Made by a program: the position numbers and the translations under genes. Source: an uncultured Bacteroidia bacterium (GTDB taxonomy: Bacteria > Bacteroidota > Bacteroidia > J057). From it: 25,656 nt of DNA. The stretch spans positions 1 to 25,656 of the forward strand of contig CAZIVQ010000001.1 in the NCBI GenBank assembly GCA_964542415.1. Direction: 5' to 3'. Below are positions 1-8,374 of this stretch, piece after piece (position 1 is the stretch's first letter; each line of letters begins with the position of its first letter). The notes under the pieces are model-generated. The model worked only from the letters and a program-made list of their open reading frames with translations. It was not told the origin of the DNA and searched no databases.

Positions 1-134
1 AATGACTGCGTTTAAATTGGGTAATTACTTTGCTCCACAAGCACTAGGGCTTTTCCTGCCGGCATACCGCCATCTTCGATTTGCGGCCTTGCGTGAAACA
101 AAGAGGAAGTTATGCTTTGTGCCTTATCTAGGGG

Positions 135-515
135 TCAGTATTCTTCTCGCCAATGCCAGATAAAGATGCCTAGAAATATTATGGCAAAACCGGCATGGAC
201 CAGCACCACCGGCAAGGGCACCAGCCCCTCAATGTTGCTCAGAAACTGACCAAGGGTCAGGCCCAGGTGAAAAAAAGCCAGGGTGCCGGCCCCCAGGAAC
301 CGCAGTTCGCCGCTGAGAGGACGGATGATCATAAGGATGCTGAGGCCCGCGATGGCCAGGGCGGCAAAGCCGAAATTGCGGGCAGCAGCTACCACGAGGA
401 CGCGTGATTCCTCATTAAGCCCGGCTTCAGGGAGCATCACAAACGGGGCAAACAAAAACACCGCAGCGGCGGCTAGTTCGAAGAGGGCATTGAACCCAAG
501 TAGCACTTTCATCAT
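135..515 (-). CDS. Hypothetical integral membrane protein (126 aa, about 4 TM helices)
   Basis: Four hydrophobic segments. ATG at 515 lies 21 nt downstream of the FMN reductase stop on the same strand, which suggests co-transcription. No family recognised. Confidence 0.7.
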   Translation of the reverse strand: MMKVLLGFNALFELAAAAVFLFAPFVMLPEAGLNEESRVLVVAAARNFGFAALAIAGLSILMIIRPLSGELRFLGAGTLAFFHLGLTLGQFLSNIEGLVPLPVVLVHAGFAIIFLGIFIWHWREEY

Positions 516-536
516 GTGCTTAAGATACGCACTTTG

Positions 537-1115
537 TCAGGCGTCTGCAATGGAAACTTGTTCCCGGGCAAATTTCAGGGCTTGGCTAAACCATATAAAC
601 TCCCGCAGAAAGCGCCCGGCATTGGCTTCGAGATTGGGGGCGAGGAGCTTGCCTTGCTCGTCAAATGCCTTCGATACCTGTGGCACGAGCAACTTGTATG
701 GCATGGGAAATGCGCCCAGGGACAAGATAAGCCGCTGCATTTCGGTCGAAGCATTGATTCCGCCATAAGGGCCTGAGCCGGTAGCAACCACCCCGATGGG
801 CTTGCGGGCATACTCTTCCCAGAAATGATCTATGGCATTTTTTAGCACTCCGGTATATGAGCCGTGGTATTCGGGCGAAATGAAAATCAGCCCATCGGCA
901 GCGGAAAGGGCTCGGCTGAAGGAAGCCAGTGCCGGGTCTTGAGGTTGCTGCTGGTGCCAGCGGTTTTCCAACAGCGGCAATGACTGGGCCTGCAAGTCTA
1001 GGAGGTGAGGCGAAATATCTGGCAGGTCTGCCAAACGCTCTAGCAAGTAATGGGCAACGTTGTGCGACTTTCGTCCTTTGCGCACGCTACCAAGAATGAG
1101 GGTGATGTTATGCAA
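537..1115 (-). CDS. NAD(P)H-dependent FMN reductase family flavoprotein (SsuE/ChrR-like)
   Basis: Motifs GSVRKGRKS (FMN phosphate loop), SPEYHGSYTGVLKNAID and GSGPYGG. The TTG start is uncertain. Confidence 0.9.
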   Translation of the reverse strand: MHNITLILGSVRKGRKSHNVAHYLLERLADLPDISPHLLDLQAQSLPLLENRWHQQQPQDPALASFSRALSAADGLIFISPEYHGSYTGVLKNAIDHFWEEYARKPIGVVATGSGPYGGINASTEMQRLILSLGAFPMPYKLLVPQVSKAFDEQGKLLAPNLEANAGRFLREFIWFSQALKFAREQVSIADA

Positions 1116-1365
1116 AATGTCTGTTAGGTCTTTATTTTACGCAAATTCAACGCGAACTAAGCTTTTCTAGAAAGTGATACCTCGCTTCGTTCAAGAAAAG
1201 AGTTTTCCGTTTGTTGTCCCAAGCCTACGCCAAGGTCGGCATAGCACACTGGTTTTATTTGAATTTCTCAGAAAACCCGGAACCAGCCGGAATGTTTGGG
1301 GGGAACCAAGAGAGAAAACAGGAGATTTATCTGTCACGGGGGTTGCTTGCTGTGCTGAACTTTAC

Positions 1366-1373
1366 TAATTTTA
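1366..1373 (+). promoter_or_regulatory. Putative Bacteroidota -7 box variant (TAATTTTA) for rpmH-rnpA
   Basis: One mismatch to TAnnTTTG, with TTG at 1343-1345 about 20 nt upstream and the rpmH ATG 23 nt downstream. Confidence 0.35.
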
Positions 1374-1396
1374 TCATCCTTTCAAAAACGACTGTA

Positions 1397-1561
1397 ATGA
1401 AACGTACCTATCAACCCAGTCGGCGCAAGCGCCGCAATAAGCACGGCTTTCGTTCGCGCATGGAATCTGTAGGGGGCCGCAAAGTTCTGGCAAGCCGCCG
1501 GGCCAAAGGCCGTCACAAGTTGAGCGTAAGCGACGAAGGTCGCCATAAGACCCATAAGTAA
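1397..1561 (+). CDS. rpmH: 50S ribosomal protein L34 (bL34), 54 aa
   Basis: [22 protein letters not shown]...[16 protein letters not shown] is the L34 signature. The true start is ATG 1397 inside track ORF 1211..1561. Confidence 0.98.
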   Translation: MKRTYQPSRRKRRNKHGFRSRMESVGGRKVLASRRAKGRHKLSVSDEGRHKTHK

Positions 1562-1565
1562 TTCT

Positions 1566-1994
1566 GTGCCGGTGGAGCTTCCCTCCCATTCCGGTCAGCG
1601 CTACACCTTTCGTAAGGCTGAGCGCCTCTGCCAACGGCGGGCCTTCGATTATTTGTTTGAGCACGGCGATTTTCTACGAATCGGCGTGCTCAAACTTTTT
1701 TATGTGTGGGACCCGCCCCCTGAATGGGTCAAGGCTCCTTTGAGCGTGGCTTTTTCTGCCCCCAAACGCTACTATCGCCAGGCCGTCACCCGCAACCTGT
1801 ACAAGCGGCGGATGCGGGAGGCTTTTCGCCTCCACAAACACCTGCTATTGCCGCAGCTTACAGCCACCAACCGGCACCTAGCCCTGGTTATCGTGTACCA
1901 GGGCCGCAAGCCTACGCCCTATGTGCGTATTGCCCAAGACCTGCGAAAAGCCTTTGGCAGGTTGGCCCAATCTCTTGAGCAAGGCTCATCATAA
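1566..1994 (+). CDS. rnpA: Ribonuclease P protein component
   Basis: YTFRKAERL...FDYLF, VAFSAPKR...AVTRNLYKRRMREAFRL (RNR-type motif). Directly follows rpmH. GTG start. Confidence 0.93.
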   Translation: MPVELPSHSGQRYTFRKAERLCQRRAFDYLFEHGDFLRIGVLKLFYVWDPPPEWVKAPLSVAFSAPKRYYRQAVTRNLYKRRMREAFRLHKHLLLPQLTATNRHLALVIVYQGRKPTPYVRIAQDLRKAFGRLAQSLEQGSS

Positions 1995-2306
1995 GATTTT
2001 TCCTATATTGACGTCCCATTAATGATTTCCCGGCTTGTTCGACTTCGCAGTTGATGCCCGCCTTTTTTTCCTCAATCATTACATAGCTAAGGATCGGGTG
2101 AAATCGCAACTGGCTGCAACGGTATTTTTGACGAATGTTGGGAGGCTTAAACAAACGGCCACGCTTGGGCAGCAAAAGTTGAGCAGCAGGGATTTATTCC
2201 TGGTACCCCAACCCTCCCCCGCGGCCTTGCCATCTTTGCCCTGCTTTTCCTGCGAGAAACATTAGGGAAATCACCGGGTTTCGAAAAGTGTTTAAGAGCG
2301 ACGCCA

Positions 2307-2314
2307 TACTTTTG
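2307..2314 (+). promoter_or_regulatory. Bacteroidota -7 promoter box (TACTTTTG) for the S41 peptidase
   Basis: Perfect TAnnTTTG 15 nt upstream of ATG 2330, which also supports that start over GTG 2288. Confidence 0.6.
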
Positions 2315-2329
2315 TATTACTTACCTGCC

Positions 2330-4006
2330 ATGAAGAAGCCTTTCGGAAAAATATCGGTTTGGGTTCTGAGCCTGACCTTGTTTGTTGTCAGTGCTGGATT
2401 TGTGACCAAAGTCTCCGACAACTATTTCGAGATCTCTAAGAACCTGGACATTTTTGGCAAGCTATACCGGGAGATCAACTCATTCTATGTCGAGGAGACT
2501 GATCCGAGCAAGTTGATGCGAACCGGCATCAAGGCCATGCTCGGCTCACTTGATCCCTACACTACTTTTGTTGGGGAAGAAGGTATCGAAGACTTCCGAT
2601 TCATGAGCACCGGCCAATATGGCGGCATCGGGGCCCTGATCGGCAAACGAGACGGGCGCATCGTGGTGACCGAGCCTTATGAGGGCTATCCTGCTGATCA
2701 AGCGGGCCTCAAGGCTGGAGACCAGATCATTGCCGTCGATGGCAAGCAAGTGGCGGGCACCGAGAAAGAGGTGATCGACATCCGCGACCTGCTTCGAGGG
2801 GAGCAGGGGACCTCTGTGGTCCTGACCGTCAAGCGAAAAGGAGAAGAAGGACCCCTGGAGCTGACCGTTAAGCGTGATCGGATCAAAATCCGCAACGTTC
2901 CCTATTTCGGAGTCACTGACGAAAACATTGGCTACATCGCCCTGACGGGTTTTACCCAAGATGCAGGCAAGGAGGTACAGGAGGCGCTCAAGGAAATGAT
3001 GAAAGATCACCCCCTAAAAGGCGTCATTCTTGACCTACGCGACAACCCCGGTGGCCGCCTCGATGAGTCGGTCAATGTGGCCAATGCTTTTTTGTCCAAA
3101 GGGGAAAAAATCGTCGAGACCCGCGGGCGAATGGAAGACAGCTACCGGAGCTATGAGGCCAAACAAGCCCCGGTCGCGGCTGATCTGCCGCTGACTGTGC
3201 TGATCAATGGCCGTAGTGCCAGTGCTTCAGAGATTGTAGCCGGAGCCATTCAGGACTTCGACCGCGGCCTGATCATCGGGGAGCGCTCCTTCGGTAAAGG
3301 CCTGGTACAAAACATCCGCAACCTCGCCTATAACACCCAACTCAAAGTGACTACCGCCAAATACTACACCCCCAGCGGACGCTGTATCCAGGCCATCGAC
3401 TATGCAGAGCGCGACGAGTACGGCCGAGTGAGACGCATTCCCGACAGCCTGCAAAATGAATTTACTACCCGCAATGGCCGCAAGGTCTATGACGGGGGGG
3501 GCATTGAGCCAGATATCCTCATTGATGAAGCAGACATGAACCTCGTTTCCCGGGAGTTGCTGCGCCAAGGCGTGATCTTTGATTTTGTGACGGGCTTCGT
3601 GGCCGAGCATCCTTCGATAGCTGGCCCAGGCGAATTTGTCGTAGATGAGGACCTGTACCAGCAGTTCATCGACTATGCTAAGGCCCGGAATTTCAGCTAT
3701 GAAACCCCCGCTGACCAGCAACTCGAAGTGCTGAGCGAGGTCCTTGAAGAGGAAGCATATGACCAGCACCTCTCAGATGAACTCGCTTCCCTGAAAGTCA
3801 GGCTCAATCGCTCCAAGGAAAAGGATTTTCAAACCTATCGCGAAGAAATTAGCTGGGCCTTGCAGGAGGAGCTGCTACGCCGGTATTACTACGAGGCCGG
3901 AGTGCGTCAGGCCGCCCTGAACCATGACCCCGAAGTACTTCAAGCCATCAATTTGCTGGGGGACAAAGATGCCTACGCCAAAGCCCTGTCGGCCCCCAAA
4001 CCTTGA
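2330..4006 (+). CDS. Carboxyl-terminal processing protease, peptidase S41A (CtpA/Prc family), 558 aa
   Basis: N-terminal signal/TM, LDPYT, PDZ domain (GIGALIG...PA..AGLKAGD.I..VDG), DLRDNPGG, catalytic SASASEIVAG and Lys in FGKGLVQ. Confidence 0.95.
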   Translation: MKKPFGKISVWVLSLTLFVVSAGFVTKVSDNYFEISKNLDIFGKLYREINSFYVEETDPSKLMRTGIKAMLGSLDPYTTFVGEEGIEDFRFMSTGQYGGIGALIGKRDGRIVVTEPYEGYPADQAGLKAGDQIIAVDGKQVAGTEKEVIDIRDLLRGEQGTSVVLTVKRKGEEGPLELTVKRDRIKIRNVPYFGVTDENIGYIALTGFTQDAGKEVQEALKEMMKDHPLKGVILDLRDNPGGRLDESVNVANAFLSKGEKIVETRGRMEDSYRSYEAKQAPVAADLPLTVLINGRSASASEIVAGAIQDFDRGLIIGERSFGKGLVQNIRNLAYNTQLKVTTAKYYTPSGRCIQAIDYAERDEYGRVRRIPDSLQNEFTTRNGRKVYDGGGIEPDILIDEADMNLVSRELLRQGVIFDFVTGFVAEHPSIAGPGEFVVDEDLYQQFIDYAKARNFSYETPADQQLEVLSEVLEEEAYDQHLSDELASLKVRLNRSKEKDFQTYREEISWALQEELLRRYYYEAGVRQAALNHDPEVLQAINLLGDKDAYAKALSAPKP

Positions 4007-4026
4007 GGGAGCCAGCCAAACCAATG

Positions 4027-4068
4027 AGCCGCGACTGTTTTCAAAAACAGCTGCGGCTTTTGCTTTTT
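4027..4068 (+). terminator. Rho-independent terminator after the S41 peptidase
   Basis: AGCCGCG-A-CTGTTT/TCAA loop/AAACAG-C-TGCGGCT followed by TTTGCTTTTT, 20 nt after the stop codon. Confidence 0.75.
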
Positions 4069-4187
4069 GGGGTCAACAGCGGTAGCCAGCAAAAAAAATT
4101 TGCGTAGCTCAACCCCGGGTTAAACCGCTTTTTTTAGAACAAATTCCCTGGCAAGTGTATTTTTAGGGCAAGATTAGTTGCTTTCAT

Positions 4188-4700
4188 ATGATGCCTGTCT
4201 GGAAAATATTGCTTTGGGGGGTTTTTTCCTTGGGGTTGCTCCTGCCGGTCTATGCCTGTGAGTGCGAGCCCCCAGAATCGCCTGCGGCTGCCTTGGCCGG
4301 GGCTGATTTTGCCTTTGTGGGAAAAGTCATCTTTACCAACACCAACTGGATCGCTGGTGGCTGGAAGTTTTCCTTTCAGGTAGAAGAAAGTTGGAAGCGG
4401 CGGACAGACCGCCTGATGATCATCGGCACCCCTTGGGCCGACAGTTGCGGCATCGAATTTCGGGATGGAGAGCGCTACCTGGTGTATGTAGAGAAAAAAT
4501 TCACCCCTCGCACCACGGTTTGCCTGGGCACCAAACCTCTGAGCGAAGCCGAGGCTGACCTCGCCTACCTCGGAAAAGGCCTGGCGCCTGGCCCTTCTTC
4601 CCTTATCGGTCCCCTTTCCTGGACCCTGGCGGTTTTAGGAATATTGTCGGTAGTTTTTATGGCCTTTGTCGTGCTCCATAAGCGCCGACGAAAAACCTGA
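4188..4700 (+). CDS. Exported TIMP-like (NTR/OB-fold) protein with C-terminal membrane anchor, 170 aa
   Basis: Signal peptide ending VYA, then CECEPP...ADFAFVGKV...DSCG...GERYLVY...TTVC, then a hydrophobic helix and the basic tail HKRRRKT. Confidence 0.75.
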   Translation: MMPVWKILLWGVFSLGLLLPVYACECEPPESPAAALAGADFAFVGKVIFTNTNWIAGGWKFSFQVEESWKRRTDRLMIIGTPWADSCGIEFRDGERYLVYVEKKFTPRTTVCLGTKPLSEAEADLAYLGKGLAPGPSSLIGPLSWTLAVLGILSVVFMAFVVLHKRRRKT

Positions 4701-4780
4701 TTTTCCTCGGTAGGCCCTGCCCGCTTCTTGCCTAAAACATGCTTGCCCCCATTCTCAACCCTTCATACACTCCTCCCCAC

Positions 4781-5467
4781 ATGCCTCATCCTGCCGACTC
4801 GGTCCAAATCGAAGCTAGCTGGAAAGCTGCCCTTCACAACGAGTTTTCCAAGCCGTATTTCCAACAGCTGATTGCCTTTTTGAAAAAAGAAAAACAGGAG
4901 GGGGCCCGCATTTATCCCCCTGGGCCAGAAATTTTCCACGCCTTTGAGGCCACCCCCTTCGACCAGGTCAAAGTGGTCATCATCGGGCAGGACCCCTACC
5001 ACGGTCCCGGCCAAGCCCATGGGCTTTCCTTTTCGGTGAAAAAAGGCGTGGCTATTCCTCCTTCCTTGCGCAACATCTACAAAGAGCTGCAAGATGATGT
5101 CGAATTCACTCCCCCCGCCCATGGTTTTCTGGACCCCTGGGCCAAGCAAGGGGTGCTGATGCTCAACGCCGTGCTGACCGTGCGAGCCGGACAAGCTGGC
5201 TCCCATCGCGAAAAAGGCTGGGAACACTTCACCGCCGCCGCCATCAACAAGCTCAACCTCGAAAAAGAAGGCCTGGTATTTCTCCTTTGGGGAAAATTTG
5301 CTCAAGGGGTAGGCCAGCTTATCGACCCCAATCGGCACCATATTCTCAAGGCGGCTCACCCTTCTCCATTCGCAGCCCACAACGGCTTCTTCGGTTGTCA
5401 TCATTTTTCCCGAGCCAATGAGCTGTTACAGCAGCAGGGCAAGACGCCCATCTCCTGGCAACTTTGA
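4781..5467 (+). CDS. ung: Uracil-DNA glycosylase, family 1
   Basis: GQDPYH, AHGLSFSV, LNAVLTV, LLWG and HPSP motifs. ATG 4781 (MPHPADSVQIEASW) preferred. Confidence 0.97.
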   Translation: MPHPADSVQIEASWKAALHNEFSKPYFQQLIAFLKKEKQEGARIYPPGPEIFHAFEATPFDQVKVVIIGQDPYHGPGQAHGLSFSVKKGVAIPPSLRNIYKELQDDVEFTPPAHGFLDPWAKQGVLMLNAVLTVRAGQAGSHREKGWEHFTAAAINKLNLEKEGLVFLLWGKFAQGVGQLIDPNRHHILKAAHPSPFAAHNGFFGCHHFSRANELLQQQGKTPISWQL

Positions 5468-5540
5468 GGAGAAAGAAAATAAGGCGGTACCTTCGCCGGG
5501 CCATGAACCCATTTTTAAGGGCAAATTAATCCACCTTCCT

Positions 5541-6479
5541 TTGTCAACATCCACCTCTGCATCGCTGCTCACCCAACTCGAGGCTATGCGCCCGTTTGTA
5601 GGACAGACGCCGCTTTTTCCCTTGCAACAGGTTTTTTCCAAGCCTGGCGTCCAGGTCTTCGCCAAGCTAGAATGGCAGCAGCTCAGTGGCAGTGTCAAGA
5701 TGCGCCCCGCCTTCTACCTGCTACGGGAAGCCATCCGCAATGGCCGCTGGCAACCGGGCATGCGCCTGCTCGACTCCACCAGCGGCAACACGGGCATTTC
5801 CTATGCCGCTTTGGCCAGCCGCTTGGGCATCGGCCTTACCTTGGTCATGCCCGAAGACGTATCTCCAGCCCGTAAGTTGCTGCTGCGCAGCCTGGGGGCC
5901 GAATTGCGGGAGACCCCAGCTTCCCTCAGCAGCGATGAAGTATTTGCCTACACCCAGGAACTTTACCAGCAGCAGCCCGACCACTTCTGCTACCTCAACC
6001 AATACGACACCCCCGCCAACCAGCAGGCACACTATGAAACCACCGGTCCCGAAATATGGGCCCAAACCGGCGGACAAGTCACCCATTTCAGCTGTGGCCT
6101 GGGCACCACCGGGAGCTTCACCGGTACCGGGCGCTATTTATTGGAAAAAAATCCGGCCATTCAGCTGGTGGCTCAGCATCCAGATGTCCAAGAGCACCAG
6201 ATCGAGGGGTGGAAACACCTAAAGACCTCTTTTGTCCCCAAAATTTACGCTTCGGAACTGGCCCATGCCCACCTTGAGGTGAGCACCAGCGAGGCATTGC
6301 ATTGGGTGCGGGAAGTGGCCTTGAAAGAAGGGTTGGTCATCAGCCCCTCCTCCGGAGCCAACCTTGCCGGGGCGATTCGCCTGGCAGCCTCGCTGTCAGA
6401 AGGGGTGGTGGTGACCATTTTTCCTGACGACTACAGCAAATATGAGTTGCGGTTGCGGGAAGTGCTGGAAAAGGCCTGA
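5541..6479 (+). CDS. PLP-dependent cysteine synthase family protein (CysM/CysK-like)
   Basis: VGQTPL, AKLE...SGSVK (PLP lysine), TSGNTG, GLGTTGS, SSGAN and VVTIFPD. The start is uncertain (TTG 5541 or ATG 5586); the 5418 start overlaps ung and is unlikely. Confidence 0.85.
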   Translation: MSTSTSASLLTQLEAMRPFVGQTPLFPLQQVFSKPGVQVFAKLEWQQLSGSVKMRPAFYLLREAIRNGRWQPGMRLLDSTSGNTGISYAALASRLGIGLTLVMPEDVSPARKLLLRSLGAELRETPASLSSDEVFAYTQELYQQQPDHFCYLNQYDTPANQQAHYETTGPEIWAQTGGQVTHFSCGLGTTGSFTGTGRYLLEKNPAIQLVAQHPDVQEHQIEGWKHLKTSFVPKIYASELAHAHLEVSTSEALHWVREVALKEGLVISPSSGANLAGAIRLAASLSEGVVVTIFPDDYSKYELRLREVLEKA

Positions 6480-6529
6480 AAGAAGCCCGTTGCTTCCTGG
6501 CCCTGGGGCGGGATAGCAGGCAGAATCTC

Positions 6530-7264
6530 TTACAACTTTAGCCGCTTAAAGATCCCTTCGGGCAAATGGCGGATGATCCACATGATGGGTCGCCAGATGC
6601 CCAGGGTGTAGAGGACGTTTTGACGTCGCTTAACGGCTTTGGCGATGGCGGCAGCGACGGCTTCGGGATCCGCGGTAAGGGGTGCCGGCAGGTCCATGGC
6701 GGCGGTCATGCGGGTGCGCACATAGCCGGGTTTTACGGTCAGGACGTGGACTCCTTGGGAAAAGAGGGCGTTGCGAAGACCGGAGAGGTAGGCAGAGAAA
6801 CCCGCTTTGGCGCTGCCATAGTGATAGTTGCTAGCCCGGCCGCGGTCACCCGCTACGGAGCTTATCCCCACCAGCGTACCGGAGCCCCGCCGGGCAAAGG
6901 CTTCGGCCAGGCGATCCAGGACCGAGACCGCCCCGTTGAAGTTGGTGGCGAGGGTGCGCTGGGCTTCGCTCCCGTCGGCACGGGCTTTTTCGGCTTCTCT
7001 CAAATACCCAAACACACAAAATACCAGGTCGGGCAGGGGATCAAGCCCGGCCACGAAGGCCGCATGGCTTTCGAGCTGGAGCGCATCAAACGCAAAGGTA
7101 TGCACCTCCGCCCCATGTCGGAGTTGCAGGTCGCTCTGCTCGGCGGCCAGGGCAGCCTCGTCGCGAGCCGCTAGCTGCAAGCGAGCCCCGGCCTGAGCGT
7201 AGTGCTGCGCCAGCGCTCGCGCAATGTCGGAGCTGGCCCCAAGAATAAGGATGGTGAGAGGCAA
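6530..7264 (-). CDS. Short-chain dehydrogenase/reductase, DprE2-like subfamily
   Basis: GASSDIA nucleotide-binding motif, SSVAGDRGRASNYHYGSAKAG (catalytic S, YxxxK) and VKPGYVRTRMT. TTG start. Confidence 0.9.
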   Translation of the reverse strand: MPLTILILGASSDIARALAQHYAQAGARLQLAARDEAALAAEQSDLQLRHGAEVHTFAFDALQLESHAAFVAGLDPLPDLVFCVFGYLREAEKARADGSEAQRTLATNFNGAVSVLDRLAEAFARRGSGTLVGISSVAGDRGRASNYHYGSAKAGFSAYLSGLRNALFSQGVHVLTVKPGYVRTRMTAAMDLPAPLTADPEAVAAAIAKAVKRRQNVLYTLGIWRPIMWIIRHLPEGIFKRLKL

Positions 7265-7290
7265 AGTAGGTAAGCGTTTAGGCTATGAAA

Positions 7291-8223
7291 TCAGGCGGTC
7301 TTTTGCATCCCGACCCGCTCGATGGCCCAGAGGGTGATCCCTCCAATGAGGATCATCAGCAGGGCGATCAGGTTGTTTGGGTCGCTAAGCCCGGGTAAAA
7401 ACCATTCGTAGCCGCTGATGATGGGCTGGTCATTTTTCAACACTTGCTCTCCTTGCTCATTGACCAGGAAAACGGCCTCCTTCCAGGGCCAGATGATGGC
7501 CAGGGAGCCCAGGATAAACCCCGTCATCAGGGCGATGGTGAGGTCGCGGTAGTATTTGAAAACCCAGGCGAGGAGACGGGAAAAAACCAGCAGCCCTATG
7601 CCAGCCCCGATGACTACGGGGATGAGAATGTTCAGTTTGAATTCACTCACAGCATCCAGCATGATGAGCTTGTAATTGCCCATGATGATCAGCACAAAAG
7701 ACCCGCTCAAGCCCGGCAGGATCATGCTACACATTGCGACCACGCCGCAGAGGAGCAAGTATAGCAGGGAGCTATTTTCGCCAGCGGGACTGAGCAGGGC
7801 CAGGGCCAAGGCGAAGCCAAAACCGATGATCAGGGCCAGCACAGGGCCAGCCGACCAGCGCTCCAGCGTGCGGCCGACTGAGTAGATCGACACCAGGATC
7901 AAACCAAAAAAGAAGGCCATCAGCCAAGTGGCGTAGGTTTCGTGCTCCAGTAAAAACTTGAACATTTTGGCCAGGGTGATGATGCTTACCCCTATGCCCG
8001 CAAAAACGGCCAGGAGAAAGTTGCCATTGATGTGCTGCCAAAAAGCTTTGAACTGGCCTTGGAACAGCAAGCGAAGGGCCGCCAGGTCAAATGACTTTAC
8101 CGCATTGATCAGGGTTTCGTAGATGCCCGTGATGAGGGCAAGGGTCCCGCCCGAGACCCCCGGGATCACGTTGGCTGCTCCCATAGCCAGGCCCTTAAGA
8201 AACAGGGAAAGAGAGGATTTCAT
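7291..8223 (-). CDS. DUF368 family membrane protein (undecaprenyl-phosphate translocase family), 310 aa
   Basis: Signature KGLAMGAANVIPGVSGGTLALITGIY, and the internal repeat AMCSMILPGLSGSFVLIIMGNY. ATG 8223. Confidence 0.92.
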   Translation of the reverse strand: MKSSLSLFLKGLAMGAANVIPGVSGGTLALITGIYETLINAVKSFDLAALRLLFQGQFKAFWQHINGNFLLAVFAGIGVSIITLAKMFKFLLEHETYATWLMAFFFGLILVSIYSVGRTLERWSAGPVLALIIGFGFALALALLSPAGENSSLLYLLLCGVVAMCSMILPGLSGSFVLIIMGNYKLIMLDAVSEFKLNILIPVVIGAGIGLLVFSRLLAWVFKYYRDLTIALMTGFILGSLAIIWPWKEAVFLVNEQGEQVLKNDQPIISGYEWFLPGLSDPNNLIALLMILIGGITLWAIERVGMQKTA

Positions 8224-8282
8224 GGCCGCAATTATACATAAAAAAAAGCCTTGGGCGGGATTTTCCGGCTCATTTGTCAAAG

Positions 8283-8348
8283 CTGCCGAACCGGCAGTCA
8301 AGGGTTCTTGCTATAACGCCAAACGCACCCCCTGAAAGGCGGTGCGTT
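8283..8348 (-). terminator. Two tandem hairpins between frr and DUF368 (probable frr terminator)
   Basis: AACGCACC-c-CC/TGAAA/GG-c-GGTGCGTT at 8322-8348 and CTGCCG/AAC/CGGCAG at 8283-8297. U-tracts on the minus strand are weak. Confidence 0.5.
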
Positions 8349-8374
8349 GGTGGGTGAAGGTACAAGAAACGATA

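Noticed and set aside
1-134. Possible ncRNA or riboswitch after a promoter-like TTACTTTG (26-33), or a 53-codon + strand ORF (2..163)
   Set aside because: Only short, partly conflicting helices (CCGC/GCGG, TTCCT/AGGAA). No match to the SRP, 6S, SAM, TPP or c-di-GMP consensus I recall. The ORF overlaps the convergent gene and has no recognisable motif. Left-hand context is missing.
1116-1396. Replication origin next to rpmH
   Set aside because: No TTATCCACA-like DnaA boxes and no dnaA gene.
2035-2265. 76-aa ORF as yidD
   Set aside because: Lacks the CRFxPTCSxY and RCxP motifs; TTG start with no supporting signals.
4078-4135. Three-way junction (AGCGGT/ACCGCT enclosing two small stems) followed by a T-run
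   Set aside because: Inner stems are only 4-5 bp and rely on an A-run. Easily explained by chance or as a second weak terminator.
6491-6518. Hairpin between the convergent cysteine synthase and SDR genes
   Set aside because: Irregular stem with bulges and no U-tract on either strand; too weak to list as a terminator.
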